Shown: one piece after another, positions 25,062 to 39,620 of the stretch
Position numbering within the stretch: position 1 is the stretch's first letter
How the letters are laid out: every line of letters begins with the position of its first letter
NCBI GenBank assembly: GCA_051294905.1
Contig: CM119374.1
Location: 23,126,001 to 23,190,000, forward strand
Direction: 5' to 3'
DNA: 64,000 nt
DNA from: Botryllus schlosseri
Lineage: Eukaryota
The notes under the pieces: generated by a model
What the model saw: only the letters and a program-made list of their open reading frames with translations
The model's database searches: none
Told to the model about the DNA's origin: nothing
Translations under genes and position numbers: made by a program

Positions 25062-26978
25062 TGCATATCTTGTTGACTTTACGAAGAAAGGAAAATATAT
25101 TCAGAAATCACATAGTTTATTATTTCAATTTTCACTACAGAATAAAAGCTTGACAATTTTAGATATGACCTCAAGCGGCACTCAAGTAATCCACGGCATT
25201 AGCCCCCGCCTCATCCCATTAGAGCGATGGCAACCACATGTTCAGTCGCATTGAGCACATGTGTGGGTGGATTTGGCCTTTAGTGTAATGATACGTTTCA
25301 GAGTACCTCAAGCGGATAGATACATACACCACAACATTTCCGCGAACGCACGGAAATCATCACCTTCCCCAAAGTTCTCAAATCCTGGTTATTCATTTCT
25401 GATTAATATCAAGAATGATCCGTGGAAGTGATGATAATGTATCCATGAATCGGAACTCGGTAATTGTAACCAGCATACTGTCGATTCCGTATATGAGCGT
25501 TGTGCATTACAGAGTGGGGACATCGCTAATATTTATTGCTGCGATATGATATCAAATTTCCAAAATACCCAAACTGTACAGGAAACATGGAGTTTTATTC
25601 ACGAACCGACGACAAAAAAGCATCTCGCCACAAGCATGTATAGTGCTACTTTTGAAACTTGTATTTAATCATTTCTCATTGCATTCCTAAGGCCAGAAAA
25701 GACTGGCTTATCTCAAAACTGTCACGGCGGTGCAAAAGACTGTTGAGAAAACTGAAGAAATGCCAATTTAAGTTGGAATCGCGTTGATTGAGCCACTTCA
25801 TATTAATGCCTATCATCATGATGCGCATCGAGGTTTTTCAGCAAGGCATGCACAATGCACATTTTGTTACGCTTGAACATCGGCCGAGTAACACGGCACC
25901 ATATCTAGCAAATAACTTCAATAGATCGTTTATCGTTGAGTGTAATTATTTATTTGAAGAAAGTACTAAAGAAATATTCATTTACATTTTGCATCTGTTG
26001 TTGTTGTTTATTAAAATAAAAGACAATCTTTTGCACCACGGTCAATGACATTGTGTACGTATATGAAATCGCATTTGGTGTAAAATAACGGACCTACAGC
26101 TAACTATTATTATTATTTATTAGTGTAAAATCCGTGTGTGTTGAAGGCTACGCACCATCGCTGACAATGCCAGTGTACCATATGTAATGAATATCACCGA
26201 TATTGAATGTAAAATGGGTTTATTGTCGGTATTATTGTGTAAACATCGCGCATGATGAGAGAAAGTCGACGACCAATCGATTGGTCATCGTTATTGAGGA
26301 TCCCATTCCGTCAAAAATATCGGTCGGTCATGCTTTGGCTTACAGCTTACAGCTTACTTGGGTTTCGAATCAAGAGATGCTGCAAAATCCATATTGGGAC
26401 TCACACATCATTGGAACTTGTCTCGTAAATGGTCATGGCAACGTTTCGAAACTTTCATTAACGGGTTTCTGTTGTCTATAAAAACTGAAGAAGCACGTTG
26501 GGAATGTATCAAGTGCTTTGTAATTTCTGAGGCAAGTTAGTGATTACAGTAACTCTCCGCGTGTTACGGAAAAGATTTGGATATTTGACAACCGACCAAC
26601 ACCGGCACACGTTACGTTAATTGTTTTTCGACAACCTGGATTTTCGCGACGCAGTTGGCAAGATGCCGAAGCCTTTTTCTTCGATGGTATGGGAGGAATG
26701 AACCATTAGGTAACCACTAATCGGACAGGATGTTATTCCGTTATTAAACCAAGACGAATCTACATGATGTATGTATACATTCAATTGAAAATAATCGACT
26801 AATTGCACCTGTCAGTCTTGAACGATTGCCACTGAATATATACAATTATACAAATACATTCATATATATCCCGCGAGGTGGAAATGATCCAGGTACCCCC
26901 GCAGCATTTAGGCCTACACTTCACAACTGTTGCAACAGCTGGGGCAAGCCTGACTGCTAGAACTACTTTGTAAAGTGT

Positions 26979-27660
26979 CAGTGTTGTAACGACTTGAGAC
27001 GTGATATTTTAAGTGACTCATTTAGACTCGAGTCATTCTCTTAAAATACGGAAAATTACCCGACTTATAGACTTGAGTCAATTTGGGTTTTGAGTCGATT
27101 TGTACTCATTGCACATGACCCGACCAAGTCATGTGGCTCGAGACTACGACAGCCAAGTTAGTCATGTCACTGTAACTTCAAAGTATCTAGAAAAGTTACC
27201 ATAGCCTATTACTAGCAATTCGTCTATTAGTAGTACCTGGACATAGGGACAGAACTAGGGTTAGGGTTAGGATTAGGGTTAGGAAGGTGAGGAAGTTTAA
27301 GTTGATGAAGTTGGTGAAGTGAAAGGTGAGGTTTAACTTGATGAAGTTGGTGAAGTTCAAGTTAAAGATGAGGAAGTTAGCATAATATGAATACGAGGCA
27401 TTCGATATCACCCAAGCACAGTTGTAAAAAAGTGGGTTGGACCTGACCTGAACTCGAAACTGAGCTGTGAACATAATAACTTGGACTCGGACTCTAGTCT
27501 CACACTGTGACTCGGACGCGAGCCTTTGCTCCCTGTCTTGGGATCGGACTTGACCCCGTGGTGAATTGAAAATGACTCGACTCAAAACTTGACTCGATTC
27601 AAAACCATAAAAGTTAGATTGACTTGTGATTCGGGACCTTGAGACTTGGTTACCACTCTG
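26979..27660. mobile_element. hAT-type MITE family C (GACTCGAGTC arrays), inverted relative to 61636-62172
   Basis: Ends CAGTGTTGTAAC / GTTACCACTCTG; flanks TAAAGTGT/GAAAGTAT (6/8). Aligns along its length to the reverse complement of 61636-62172. Confidence 0.8.
27257..27360 (+). repeat. 104-bp insertion: telomere-like (TTAGGG/TTAGGA)n grading into a duplicated GATGAAGTTGGTGAAGT unit
   Basis: AGGGTTAGGGTTAGGATTAGGGTTAGGA... The segment is absent from the homologous family C copy at 61636-62172. Confidence 0.8.
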
Positions 27661-30600
27661 GAAAGTATTAACCATGACCTATGGTGAATTGGATCTCGGG
27701 ATACAAGTTTACTTGGGGGCTGAAGTTTCTCTGAGCGTCCACGTTTTCACGGGGCCAACTAATCTCTTACACACACAGTACACACGCCAAGATTGATTTA
27801 TTAATTAATTCCGTGTGGATTACACACATTATAAAAATTTCTATTCGTCTCGCCATTCTGGCGGTTGGTGGATTGGATTTAACAGCATTTGATCATTCTG
27901 GTGTCAGTATGTTACGAATAGTATTACGATAATCGGTGACACCTTTACAATCCTGCGATATTTGATCTCGTAAGTATCTGTTGCTATTTGTCTGGATTAT
28001 CCGCCAATACCTAGCCTATTAGTCAATCAGAAGTATTACCTAGCAATCGAGACATCCAAACGAAGAGATTAAGTTTGAGTATGTATGCTAAAATTACAAA
28101 GCGGATGTCTGTGGTTACATTCATTCTTCTAGCTACGACACGAGACTGCATTACCTAATAATCCCACAACAAAGAAACAAAATTCATGGCTCGTTTTCTT
28201 CGAAATGCTATCATAGTTGATGACATCTCCAGAGATTACTTCCAGTCTCGCGAAAATTATTGGCGATGCGATCAAGATCACACCCATAGAAGGAAATTAG
28301 TTTCGCCATATTTAACTCGGGCAATACATATGTTGCGATGATTTCCTTCTGATAGCGCATGCACAACTGGCAAAATATAACCATTTGACCAATCCTAGAC
28401 TAAATTCACTCATAACTGAAAATTTTTCTATACATCGATATCTTCCAGCGGTATACGAGTATATTAACCATTCGCTGTATTGATCTATAGAGGCATGAAA
28501 ATACATTCTACCCAGCAATAAATGGTCAATTGATCAGTTTATTTTGTGAAGACGCCATAATTACGGCAACATTCGTCAATGCAATACGCAGAATTCAAAT
28601 TGTGGCTTTACCCCATTGCTATACCCGAATTTATACTGTTACTCGAATCAATCGACTTTCCGAGGTATTTTGTACTTCAGATTGATTACACGAGAGCGAA
28701 TATTATGATAAACGATACCCGGAGTATACGAAATACGGACACTACGGAGGGAATTAGTGACCTCCGAATAAATCTTTTAATACATCAGGGATACGAGTCA
28801 TATTACCTAATGCGGAAAAGGTCAAACACGGCAAAGTAGACTCTATTCCAGTTAATCCACCTTACCATGATTTAACTGAAAACATGTTTACTTTCGTAGT
28901 ATGATTAGGATGGTACACAATGCCGTTATTGACATTGTCATTATTCAGAAGTATCTCCACTTCTCCAGATTTTCGTTCAGCACGATGGAAACCTTATACG
29001 TTTAATCTCATAAGTCCTTCATCACTTTCACTCGGGTATTCTTACGCTCATGAACCGATGTGTTTTACTCGGTAAACAAAGATGCGAAAATACTTGACGT
29101 CACCCAAGTATCGTGACGTTGATATAGTCATCCATTTCCAACGGACAAGCACCTCTTCAGTACGCATACATACAGCGGAAGCAAATGGTCCAATGCATTT
29201 CTTTACTTCGTGAGTTCGTCAAGTACGCTGATTAAGGATTCCTGAGTTATGCGATAGCGTACGCTGCGGGGAGTTTAAATATAATATTTGAACGCTCCTT
29301 ACAGAGCACATACGTTCAGAAATATAGCTTACAGCATCTCTAAGGGTTCTAACTGGTACCTCAATACGTACACAAACCCTTGACTGGAAGCTATATGACG
29401 TGCAAAATGAACATTTTAAGGAATTGGGACTCGAGAACATCGTATATGTGATGATAATTTGGTAGCAATGAACCATTAAAACATCGGGATATGTTGACGA
29501 ATGATAGCAGACAAGCACATGTGGGAATGTCGCGAAATTGCTGATATGATGAGATGCGATCAAGACGTCATCACATACAATTTAGTGAATGGGGATTCAA
29601 AAATGCAGCACGAACAAACGCCTATTGAAGATAACATGTACGGGTGCTGAGGCTCATAATATTGGTTATTTGATAGAATTACAATCATTTTGTTCTCAAA
29701 TACCGCTCGCCACGCTCAAGAATACATCACAAATCTTAACGCTCAGGTAAATACGTATAATATTCATATGCGCGCAACGGGAGCAATTTAACAGCTTCCG
29801 AGTCGATAGCAAAGTATCATTATGAAGTTCAAATTATATAACCGAAACCTAAACTAACTATGCACAACTAATGCGACCAAACATATGCTGCACATTCAAA
29901 GGTGATTAGTAACGAATTATTTTCTTGAGAAGATCAACGCTACTTGCACAATCTCAAGTGGTGTTATCATCCGGCTCCTTATACTTTCACCGATTTTGCT
30001 TGCAAAATACTTCATTTCAGATTTGGTTAGTATAGAAACTTGGGAAGTATGCTAATGAATCGATTCGTATCATCTCGTGATACGAGATACACTCGTGATA
30101 CATATGCAATGAAATAGCATCTGAAGTAGTTACTTTAAACTCCTTCGCACCCTTCGTACATGGCGACTTCCACACATAAGCTATCTATTACCTATATACG
30201 TATCGGAATTTGCCACGCATTAAGTGCTTGTGATAAACACCTGCGCGATGAGCGCATAGAAATCATCTTGCATGCCCATTGCCCATGTCTCGGAATATGA
30301 AGCATAGTCGAATTCGGTATATATATGCGCTACTTCTCTGACTCGAGATTTCTTTACAAAATTTATTTTCGACTGAAGATGACAATATGACTTGTTAGGG
30401 TCTTATTGCCCGTCGATCAATTCAGCTCCACGCGAAATCGTATATTGAAGCCATGCGTGGAATGTCGTTCCAACTTGATACGCAGTTCACATAATATCCC
30501 GTAATACTTGAAATCGAAATAGCGGGTGTGACCTCACTTTTTATCAACAGTCGATGCCTGGTAACTAGCGGTAACCACGATATGTATTTCAAGTTATCAC

Positions 30601-33600
30601 CATCATATATTCCTAGCGGATATTGAATCCTAATTCATGTGTTCACGGCGCCAAAATATATGCAGTTATCGTTAGAATACCATGTTCAAGATCACGGAAA
30701 TTACCATACATCAAGGCGAATAACTTATCGTTATCATTTTCGCAGATCATTCCGCCAATCAGAAAGCGGATAGACAATATGAAATATGTTGGATGTTGGT
30801 ACACAGGGTCAGTGGATGCATGGTGATGAAGATCCATGCGTTTCTCTCTTGCGTCACCCGTTAATCTTATCGCAGTTTGAATGTTGTGTCGTTACGGCAG
30901 ATGACGTTCAGGTTACGTTAGAGACCGCAAAGTTTATACAAAGCCTTCGTTGTTGATGGATAAACCCCATAGGCATGTCTTCTCAAGATTGTAAACGAAC
31001 AGATATGTCTGTTCATTGGATTATAAAAAGGTTTTTTCTTCAATCCTCGCGACATAATGAAGACGCTGTGAGCAATATTTTGATGATTCATAGTAGTATG
31101 GAATTGTACGAAACAAATAAATAAAGCTTTTGACACGGTGAACAACGGTGCTTATGAGATGGTGTCGAAACTGAACTTGAATTGAAACAATGGTTTGCAT
31201 TTGTTTTTAGCGCCAGAGATATTTGCAATATTGCATGTTAATCATATTATGTATGTCCGGGGCTTGAAAACCACTCAAGTATATATTTAGTATATTTACG
31301 ATGTGACCTCATTGATATTGTGACGTTTTATTCGAGCGATGACGTACCATCTTTGCATATTCATCATATAGTTACGGTGTGCCAATAAAAATGTTACACC
31401 AGATCGCAGTTGCACCGTGGTACATCACGAGCGATCCAAAATTATCTAATGGAAACGTGCTGCCCAGCAATATTGTGAAGGTGTTCACTGTTCATAGTAC
31501 ATATGTAAGCTGTAATCAGGGCTAATTCCTCGGTTTCCCTCGCTCATTAAACCAGTTGATTCGAATTGGAGCACCGTCTTCGATGATTCAGGCAATCCCG
31601 AATTTGTAATCAGTAATGAACACACACGCATAGGTTGTAGAAGACTTAAAACGAGGAAAGATTTAGCAAAATATACTCAAATACAGAAATGAGAATGGTC
31701 ACTGTCGGGTACGAAAACCCAACGAGCAGGGTCAAAAGTAAACGAGCGGGTAATGGGGCTGAACATAATCAGTGTCTCCAAAACTTTGTATGCATATCAG
31801 ATATGTAGCTTTGTAAAAGAAATATATGAAGGATCTATGACGACCTCTGACCGGGACTTTTGCAGACCTCACATTCTCTTCCCTCATATCCCTGTCGTTT
31901 AGGATGGAGCATAGAAATCGTTCCACAATCGTAAAAACGATATGCAAACCAGCCTCACCAGTATATTGTTTTACTCAAAATCACCCAATGTGGCAACGAC
32001 TATATCAATGAGAGCCCAAAATATATCACAATGTTATTTTAACATTTAGCAAGGTGAATAATGGCTAGTTGAAATAGTATAATATATCCATGAATACACC
32101 CCTTTCAAATATAGAAAAAACTACACTTTTAAAGCATCAAATGAATTCCTCCGCTCAGTTTCAGATAGCAACCATCATGCCGATGTCAATGCACTAGAAA
32201 AGCATGGGGGTCCGCAGACTGAGCATACTTCTGTCACGATTGCCGCTAGATTTGCGCTAGCCTGTCGACACGACAATCATGACAGCAACGAGGAATTCCG
32301 TGGCATTCCATGTTTGTATTACAGTACTGTACGGGTAATGAGCCGTGTAGTTAGGGTGCACTCCACATTTTATATTATAGTTAATGAGGTATACCTTTCG
32401 CATTTTTTGGATATGCGCTTAAACCGACAATGATCGCAACAAGGATGATTGCTTTGCAGGTGGAGTGCATTCCTGTACATTGTACAACTCTGCTACACAT
32501 GCAGCCAGAAAAACCTTTACAGAGCAATTTCGAAGCATTAGGGCAAATATAATATCTGGTATGGTGCACGTCTTCTTATGATAGTATACTTCACAAGTCA
32601 TAAATTTGAATAAATTTCTGTCCAAATCATCATATTCTGGTGAATTGGTAGAGACGCTCAATTACTACTGCAAGTTTTGAATGAGGATCCCCGAAGCTTG
32701 AAAGCTTATTTGAACGAAAGAAGAACGAGAACGTTGAAAATATCGATCATTACCGCTAGGAACGCTAATTACGCACGGTGAAACTCCAAGTAATGGCATT
32801 TATAGTTCATAGATACCACATTAGAGATGATACCCGAACTATGCATCAGCACCAAGAGCATAAATGCCCTAGAAGTTCCATCCACTCTAGTCAGTAATAT
32901 AGTTTGAACAGCATTCGGTAACTCGGTTCCAGATGACGATCTCTAGACAAGCGTATCAAAACAAACATGGCTACGCTTATCATAATATTATCCCTACAGT
33001 CAGGCTAACTAAGCGTGCCATTTTCGGGGCATACACATGGGCTTTTTTAGTTGAATGAAACAGTTGTAACTACTTCAGGTTAACTCATGTGATAAAGTAA
33101 ATTATTCAAGCTTTTGTTCCATGAAGTTCTACACATCTATGGCTAGTAGAGGCTTGACTGAGAGAAAAAGGACTCGGAAACCAGCTATCAGGACTATTAG
33201 TAATTGTTGTCTGGGTCGAGCGTCTCCATTCGAAGTTTGTCCGCCATAGCGAATAAACTCTTTGCTGGCGTGAAAACTAACGAACGTTCCAAAAGCAGCT
33301 TCTCGCTTTGCTGTTGATAAGAACAGAACAGCAATCAGATTAATAATGAAATAAGCAAAAGGGTATATTATAGTTCAGATGAGACTTCCAATAGAGAGCG
33401 TGATTAGTGTGAATTAATAATAGTTACATCGAGTGCCGCAATATGCGAATTAGATGTGCTCGGTTTATTTTTCTGCTAAATCGTCGGACTGATATGAAGC
33501 GTCTACGGGGAGTTGTAACGCAGACATTCATCATTGCTTACAGTGATCATACGAGGAACATTTTACGGCGCAGATAGGGCAATTTAGCCAGTCCAATATT

Positions 33601-33739
33601 TCTATCGAGCACGGCAACAGTTCAATAATATACATTTCGGATCTGTGTCCATTTGGACATGTATCGAACGTAAGATTTTGATGTTAATCCTACTTATGAA
33701 TAAAAAAAATACATTTTTTACAACGCGGTGCAGTAATCG

Positions 33740-34900
33740 TCACACCAAACGTTTGGTGACTGATCCCAAGAAAGTTTGGATTGCGTCGTACCTTCCCTGA
33801 CTGATGAGAACATTCCGCCGTGTGAATTGTTTGAACAATAGAATGCCGAGGATATAGTGGATGTATAATATGTGCTTGGTACAGTGTATGCCTTCAATGC
33901 GTATGCCAGGAAGTTGGCATTCGAGCACACCTTCCGTACGTGCTTATCCAATAAATGCACCCCCAAACGGAGCAACGTTATCCAAAATCTATTTGAGGCA
34001 AGGCGTTCCTCAAATAAGATTGTAGCTTTTGACCCCTATAATATAGTATGTTTGCTGTGATAGCCCATAGCAAAGGTTAAAAGTACTTGTACCTTTTAGA
34101 ATTATTTTCTTGAATGGGTGAGTTGCAAAACAAAAAAATACTAGATCAACAAGCCACAGGGCGGCCAGGATTTGCCACAAAAGACAGTCATCTCATCTCA
34201 TTGGTGCAGCGTCAACAAAGCATTCGCAATTGTTGTCGACAAGACCAGCGATATTTACGAAACTGCGCGTTTTAATGTAGTAGGGCAGCAGGCGATGATA
34301 TTGGACGTTAGAATATGTTCGTGGGCCAGGAGAAAAGGGGACATGCAAACTGCCACGAGTATAATACATGTCATCATCAATTGATCTTACAGAGAGCGAG
34401 AGCCGTATCAATTTTGAACATCTTTGTCGTGAAGTATGACAATATACCATGAGCCGGCTCTATGCCAATACCGAGAAAACCATTACCGAGAATAGACTGT
34501 GGACGTATGTGACCACAAAATGAAGATGAATTGAAAAATTGAAGTCATAGACATTGGATTCACACCATATTAACGCGGTCGGATCTCTCGACGTGATTGC
34601 CTAACATGCGGTAAAATCCAAAATGAATGACATCTTGCAACTACGTAATAAAACATACCTAAGTTACACCTTTATACTAAAAGTCGCCTTTTCCTTTTTA
34701 CTTGCTTGTTGTGAATGCAACGTACAAGCGTTCTTGAACGCCTCTGTGGCGGAAGTAGAACCAGGTTTACGATTCATATTCTGATACGTCAGCGTTTGGC
34801 ATGCATTGAGATGCTTAGAATGTAGATGCGGTGTCTCTTGTATACAGAAATCAGTCCGATTAAAATAGCGCTTCGTCAGGAATAAAGCGTGTTTCATCTC
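33740..34900 (+). pseudogene. Highly decayed hAT transposase relic
   Basis: KAFAIVVDKTSDI (cf. FSI..DETTDIS around the first catalytic Asp) at about 34220-34255, and LVVNATYKRS (cf. LPVT.AT.ERSFS of the dimerisation region) near 34705-34735. Many stops; boundaries approximate. Confidence 0.35.
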
Positions 34901-35859
34901 AACTCATAACACCATAGTTGAACCTCTCTAACAGGGTCTGAGAGGTATGGGTATAACCCTCCAAAGGTTTTTGGGGGGCGTTTGTAAAAATATTTGTATA
35001 TGTCGCCATGAATTTTCAACGCCGGGATGCGATATAATTGATGACTTAGTTATCGAACAAATTGCGTTGTGCACCTACTGCACATGCACATATTTGACCT
35101 GGCAATCTAAGTAAACAGGTGCGGCATTGACATACAACATTATAATACATACAAACTTGAATACCACATGAGCTTTGAGTTTTCAAAAACGTGTATCGAC
35201 ATACCGTGCAAGTTTAATTTATCTTGACTTAGATGCCTTGCCTGCAAACACTCGGGTTTAGGTTGGGTTTGGAATTTCGAACTTTAAATGGAGGTCAAAC
35301 GCAATTATTCGTTGTTTATATGGACAGAGCCTCCGCGGGTATAAACTGCGAAGTCCGAACAATTTTAACAATAATATATCTCGCACGAGGTCAAATGTGA
35401 CTAATACGAGGTCATGTCAAGATGCTATACACTTCATCTCAGTGGCGTATGAGTATTTTCAGATTTTACGTAATACACTTTGGCGACCTCAACGGCTCAC
35501 TCTTGCTGCAGTTGTCACGCAGCCACATAATTTAATTAGCTCTAATTCGAGGCAGATAGATGTGATTGTAATTGTCCAGTCACTTCATCCCGACACCACG
35601 GGACAAGGGTCTTCGGCGAAGATTGATCGTCGCCGTGCAAATAGGTTTACAAATCGCCAACGGTCGGCTTATGGGTATCGAGTTATTCCGCTCCCTGGAG
35701 CATACTCTTCTCGTTCCCTCCATAGGACAAAGATAACTAATAACTATCGCAGTTCGTAGAAGCGCAAATTGGTGAAAACGCAGTTGATTGGAGGCTGACG
35801 TTCATAAATAGAACGGTCGATTCGATTGAAAATATCTCGTTTTAAATTTACGTATACAC

Positions 35860-37104
35860 TAGGGATGGTGCGAACCCCTGAAAGGTTCTGGTTCGCGTGA
35901 ACGCGAACGTGAACCTATATGACGGCACGTGACGTCATATTGCTAATTCCTACCCTACATGTCCGTAAAGTTATATTTATATATTAATGTACACGATAAG
36001 TAGCGACGATTCTTGAGAGTTAAACAACGGTTTCTATACTTCCGCCAGATATTTTCTCAAAAACAAGTTATACAAGAGCCAACACCGCAATCGGACGGAT
36101 TTGGTTTTAATGATACAATAAGTAGGGCTGGGCACAATGATTCGAGTACTCGAATCTGAATGGAGTATTAATTTTAATGATTCGAGTCGAGTAGTAAAAG
36201 ACGATTTTTTCGAAGACTGGAATTATACACTTCTCACCACTGAAAGTTAATTTATCAACGAGAATTATAGTTTCGATTCTAATTTTCACAGTTGCAGCCT
36301 TGAAAACTTGCTTGGCGGTATCGTAGCATACGAAACATATAGTACAAAGCTAAGAAGGTTACTGGACGTAACACATCTCCGAAGTCATGATGATCCCAAA
36401 ATACCAAATTATCTTTTATGACATGGATAACAGGTATTATATTGTTTGTGGTGGCATAAACGGTACATATTTGAACATAAACGTATTACACTATGTTATG
36501 ACGTCATAATGAGTGATACTCGATTACTCGACTCGACTCGAAGCATATTGCGTGATTCAGAATCGAATCACTCAGGTACTCGATTTTGCCCAGCCCTAAC
36601 AATAAAAATATCAAATCAAGATAGATCCCCTACGCCTGATAGATTTTTTACATCAGATATCGATGCATTCTTTATATTAATTTTGTTGATACAAATAACT
36701 GATTGGTTTACTAAGCACAATGCACTGAGTTCCTACATGTATGTTTCGTTCTTGCTATTGTGTGATTGCGGGCAAAGCTCACATCATAGAGTCACTAAAG
36801 ATGCACAAACGGAAAGCCGAATATTGTGAGAAAACTTTTCAGCAAATATTTTCTGAAATTGACAAGATGAATGCTCGTTTAGTGCTGAATTTCTTTTCGT
36901 GCTGCCAGCGCCATGTGGAGAATGGCTCGAAGTTGAAATGTAAAGAATTTCAACCAAAGATGTTATAATGACGTGAAAATTTATATTACATGGAAAAGGT
37001 TTACAGTACAGAACGTACAAGGTTCGTTTGTGAACTCAAACCTCCAAATTCCAGAGGTTCACACGCAGAGCGCGAACGTGAATCTCACGTTCACACCATC
37101 CCTA
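35860..37104. mobile_element. hAT element family D (TAGGGATGGTG TIR), 1245 bp, hosting a nested family B MITE
   Basis: TIR TAGGGATGGTG/CACCATCCCTA; perfect TSD GTATACAC (35852-35859, 37105-37112); CGAAC/GTTC subterminal motifs. Confidence 0.9.
36123..36598. mobile_element. hAT MITE family B copy 2 (inverted relative to copy 1), nested
   Basis: Same TIRs as 21849-22364 and reverse-complement homology throughout; TSD ACAATAAG/ACAATAAA (7/8). Confidence 0.9.
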
Positions 37105-38939
37105 GTATACACCTACAAAAGGGGTGTTCGTCATCAACCAGCAGCCTTGCAGCTATGAGTGTACAATGTACATTGTGCAGCCTTTGGTATGCGAATATTT
37201 TATATGAACCAGCAATTTGGCGCTGCATGGGCCTTTTCGCGCTAGGAGACACAGGTTTCGGCAGCATGCGACTCCGTGCGCTGTGTGCGTGGTCAAAATG
37301 ATTTGCGGCGGTAAAACATTGACATGTAATAACCGCTACATGTTGGCCAAAATGTTCGACATTGATATGTCCACTGTCCAGGCGCCGAAATGACCACGCG
37401 AATAGTCCAGCTCCCGCAGGTTGCGCCGCGAGTCTCAAATGATACCCACGGACGAAAATATTGAGTCTCGTGTCGAAATGCAAATTTGGAATTGTGTTTG
37501 TCTCGCGAAAGGATATATTGCTTCAGTTTCGTCTTATACATGTAAGCGATTCCAATATATCCGGAGCTACGACAATAACCTTCACCGCTATACCGCGACC
37601 TTTGGAGCTTTGCAGACAAATCTAGAGTTTGATGGGCCTGTCACTTCCGAACACAGTAGACTTGGGAACGATCAAGGCAACTACAGAAGATCGGTCATTA
37701 CGCGACTATAGATATAAATTATGCACATATTACCAACATTACACGGTAGGTCTACTGCGGTAGCGCCCAAAATTTATACCCTTCACGACCAATAATGTAG
37801 GAATCACTGACGTCACCGATGCCGTTACCAGCTGCAGATAGGTGGTTGGTGTGATTCCTAGCTTGAAATGCTAAATATTACAAAATTAAATATGGTTGGC
37901 ACGCCAGTTGGTAATATTTTACAATTTGTTGATATTTTGGCACACTGCATACGAAAGGTCGCCGGCCTCTGCTCTAGTCTCTACCCACCTTCACACCTGG
38001 AACTGGCATTGTGATCATTTGCGAGTCTAGCGATCATCGTCGAAAAGTGGGACCTTGTTCCCAATATTTCTACGACATCCATTACTTTTTATAGATCGGT
38101 TATCTGGTTTCACAGAGCCAAGGTGAATTCCTTTAATATTTTAATCGCGAATTGATACACTTCATGAGGTATAGTTGCTATTTTGAATTATCATAGGAGC
38201 GAGTTTTCTTAGCCTAGTTCGCGTTGCTCTACGATCGTCCCCGCTTCAAAACTCCTCAATTCCAAACATCTTCATCTGGTCTATGAAGTCATAAGCTCCA
38301 TTAACTCTGTACATCGACACACAAAGTTTCAAAGTGGTGACAAATAAATCATATCTATCCAGGACAAGCAGTCCATCAAGAAAGAGTATCAAAAAAGAGT
38401 ATACATGGAATTCTAAACGGAATACATTTCAATTAATAATGCCTGAAATCAAAAGACTCGTTTTCAGCATCAGAAACCGACTCCTGAGTTCGGCGTAAAT
38501 GACGACGGCGGTCGCGGTCCGTAAATTAATGTTACTGTCGTGTGGTATCGAAATATGACTGACGAAGGATAATCGCTCTACCGAAACATTCACTGTAATC
38601 TGTAAATGCTGAACAACTGCTACATTGCATAAAATTTGATAGAGTGGGCAATATGCGGAAAGCGGACACAAACAAGCTTCCTCGGTGAAATTTCCATAAA
38701 ATAAAAAAGCTGATGATGCCCACAAATGCTGACGCTCGTGCTTGCCGGTTTAGGACAATTTGCTTCACTCTCGAGAGGCATTCGCGTGTGTGAAAGTCGC
38801 TGCCCTATTGCTTTCAGCAATATGCAAATGCAGTAAGGTATTTTAGAAGAAATCAGTTGAACATCTACCGACAAAGAGACAACATGAAATGTCTAATATG
38901 CCAACCTTATATTTTCCAAGTAGCCTAGTCATCAACCAT

Positions 38940-39620
38940 GATATGGGGTTCGCTTATAGATATTGTGTAAGCTCTCAAGTGTCGATTTTACGGCTTTCCA
39001 ATAGTTGACGGTCGTTCGAAATGTATCAGTGAATAGCAGTAAGGTTGAACACCCCCAGTCTTGCCATTTTATTCCGACACTACGATTAGAGCGCTGATAT
39101 GGGTCAACATTAAGTTTATGGATATCAAGTTATTCAGCTATCTGGGACATAATCTCTTTCCTTTTCTCGGCACAGGGAAACAATAACTATCAGTTCGTTA
39201 GGAGAATTGATGTTGTATAAGTGAATGGAGACTGGCATGGATAAATAAAACGATTCACTCGAAGGGAACTATACGTCATTTTAATTAACTTATACCGCTA
39301 GGTCCCCTAGCGTATTCCAGTACCACAACAAGCAAACAAATAGCAACTGGTATCAGCTACGAAGGGCGACGGGAACAATGTACGAGAGACGTTACTTCCC
39401 TGGTGGACCAAAAGCTGCCAAGACTACACCGAATAACATGGGGCGTAACACAGGGGAAACTTCTACCCCGAAGGATTTAGACGTCATCTATTTGATCCTA
39501 TAAGTGAGATATTTTCTTCATGAGACAATAAATCCTGCGTCTACCATTATAGTCGACAGAGTCCTAACGGTCTCCGCCATCGGTAGTGAGATATAGACGT
39601 AATTTCCACGGACACAACTG
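38940..39620 (+). mobile_element. Possible LINE reverse transcriptase relic
   Basis: ITWGVTQGKLL at about 39430-39465 resembles the ITxGVPQGSxLGP motif; the surroundings are too decayed to confirm. Confidence 0.3.

Noticed and set aside
27196-27675. 159-aa minus-strand ORF
   Set aside because: It is a translation of MITE motif arrays and the telomere-like insert.
37290-38010. THAP/P-element relic (minus strand FVCS…LPTGVPTIF)
   Set aside because: Only a weak AVPTIF-like match that needs a frameshift, with no TIRs or further motifs.
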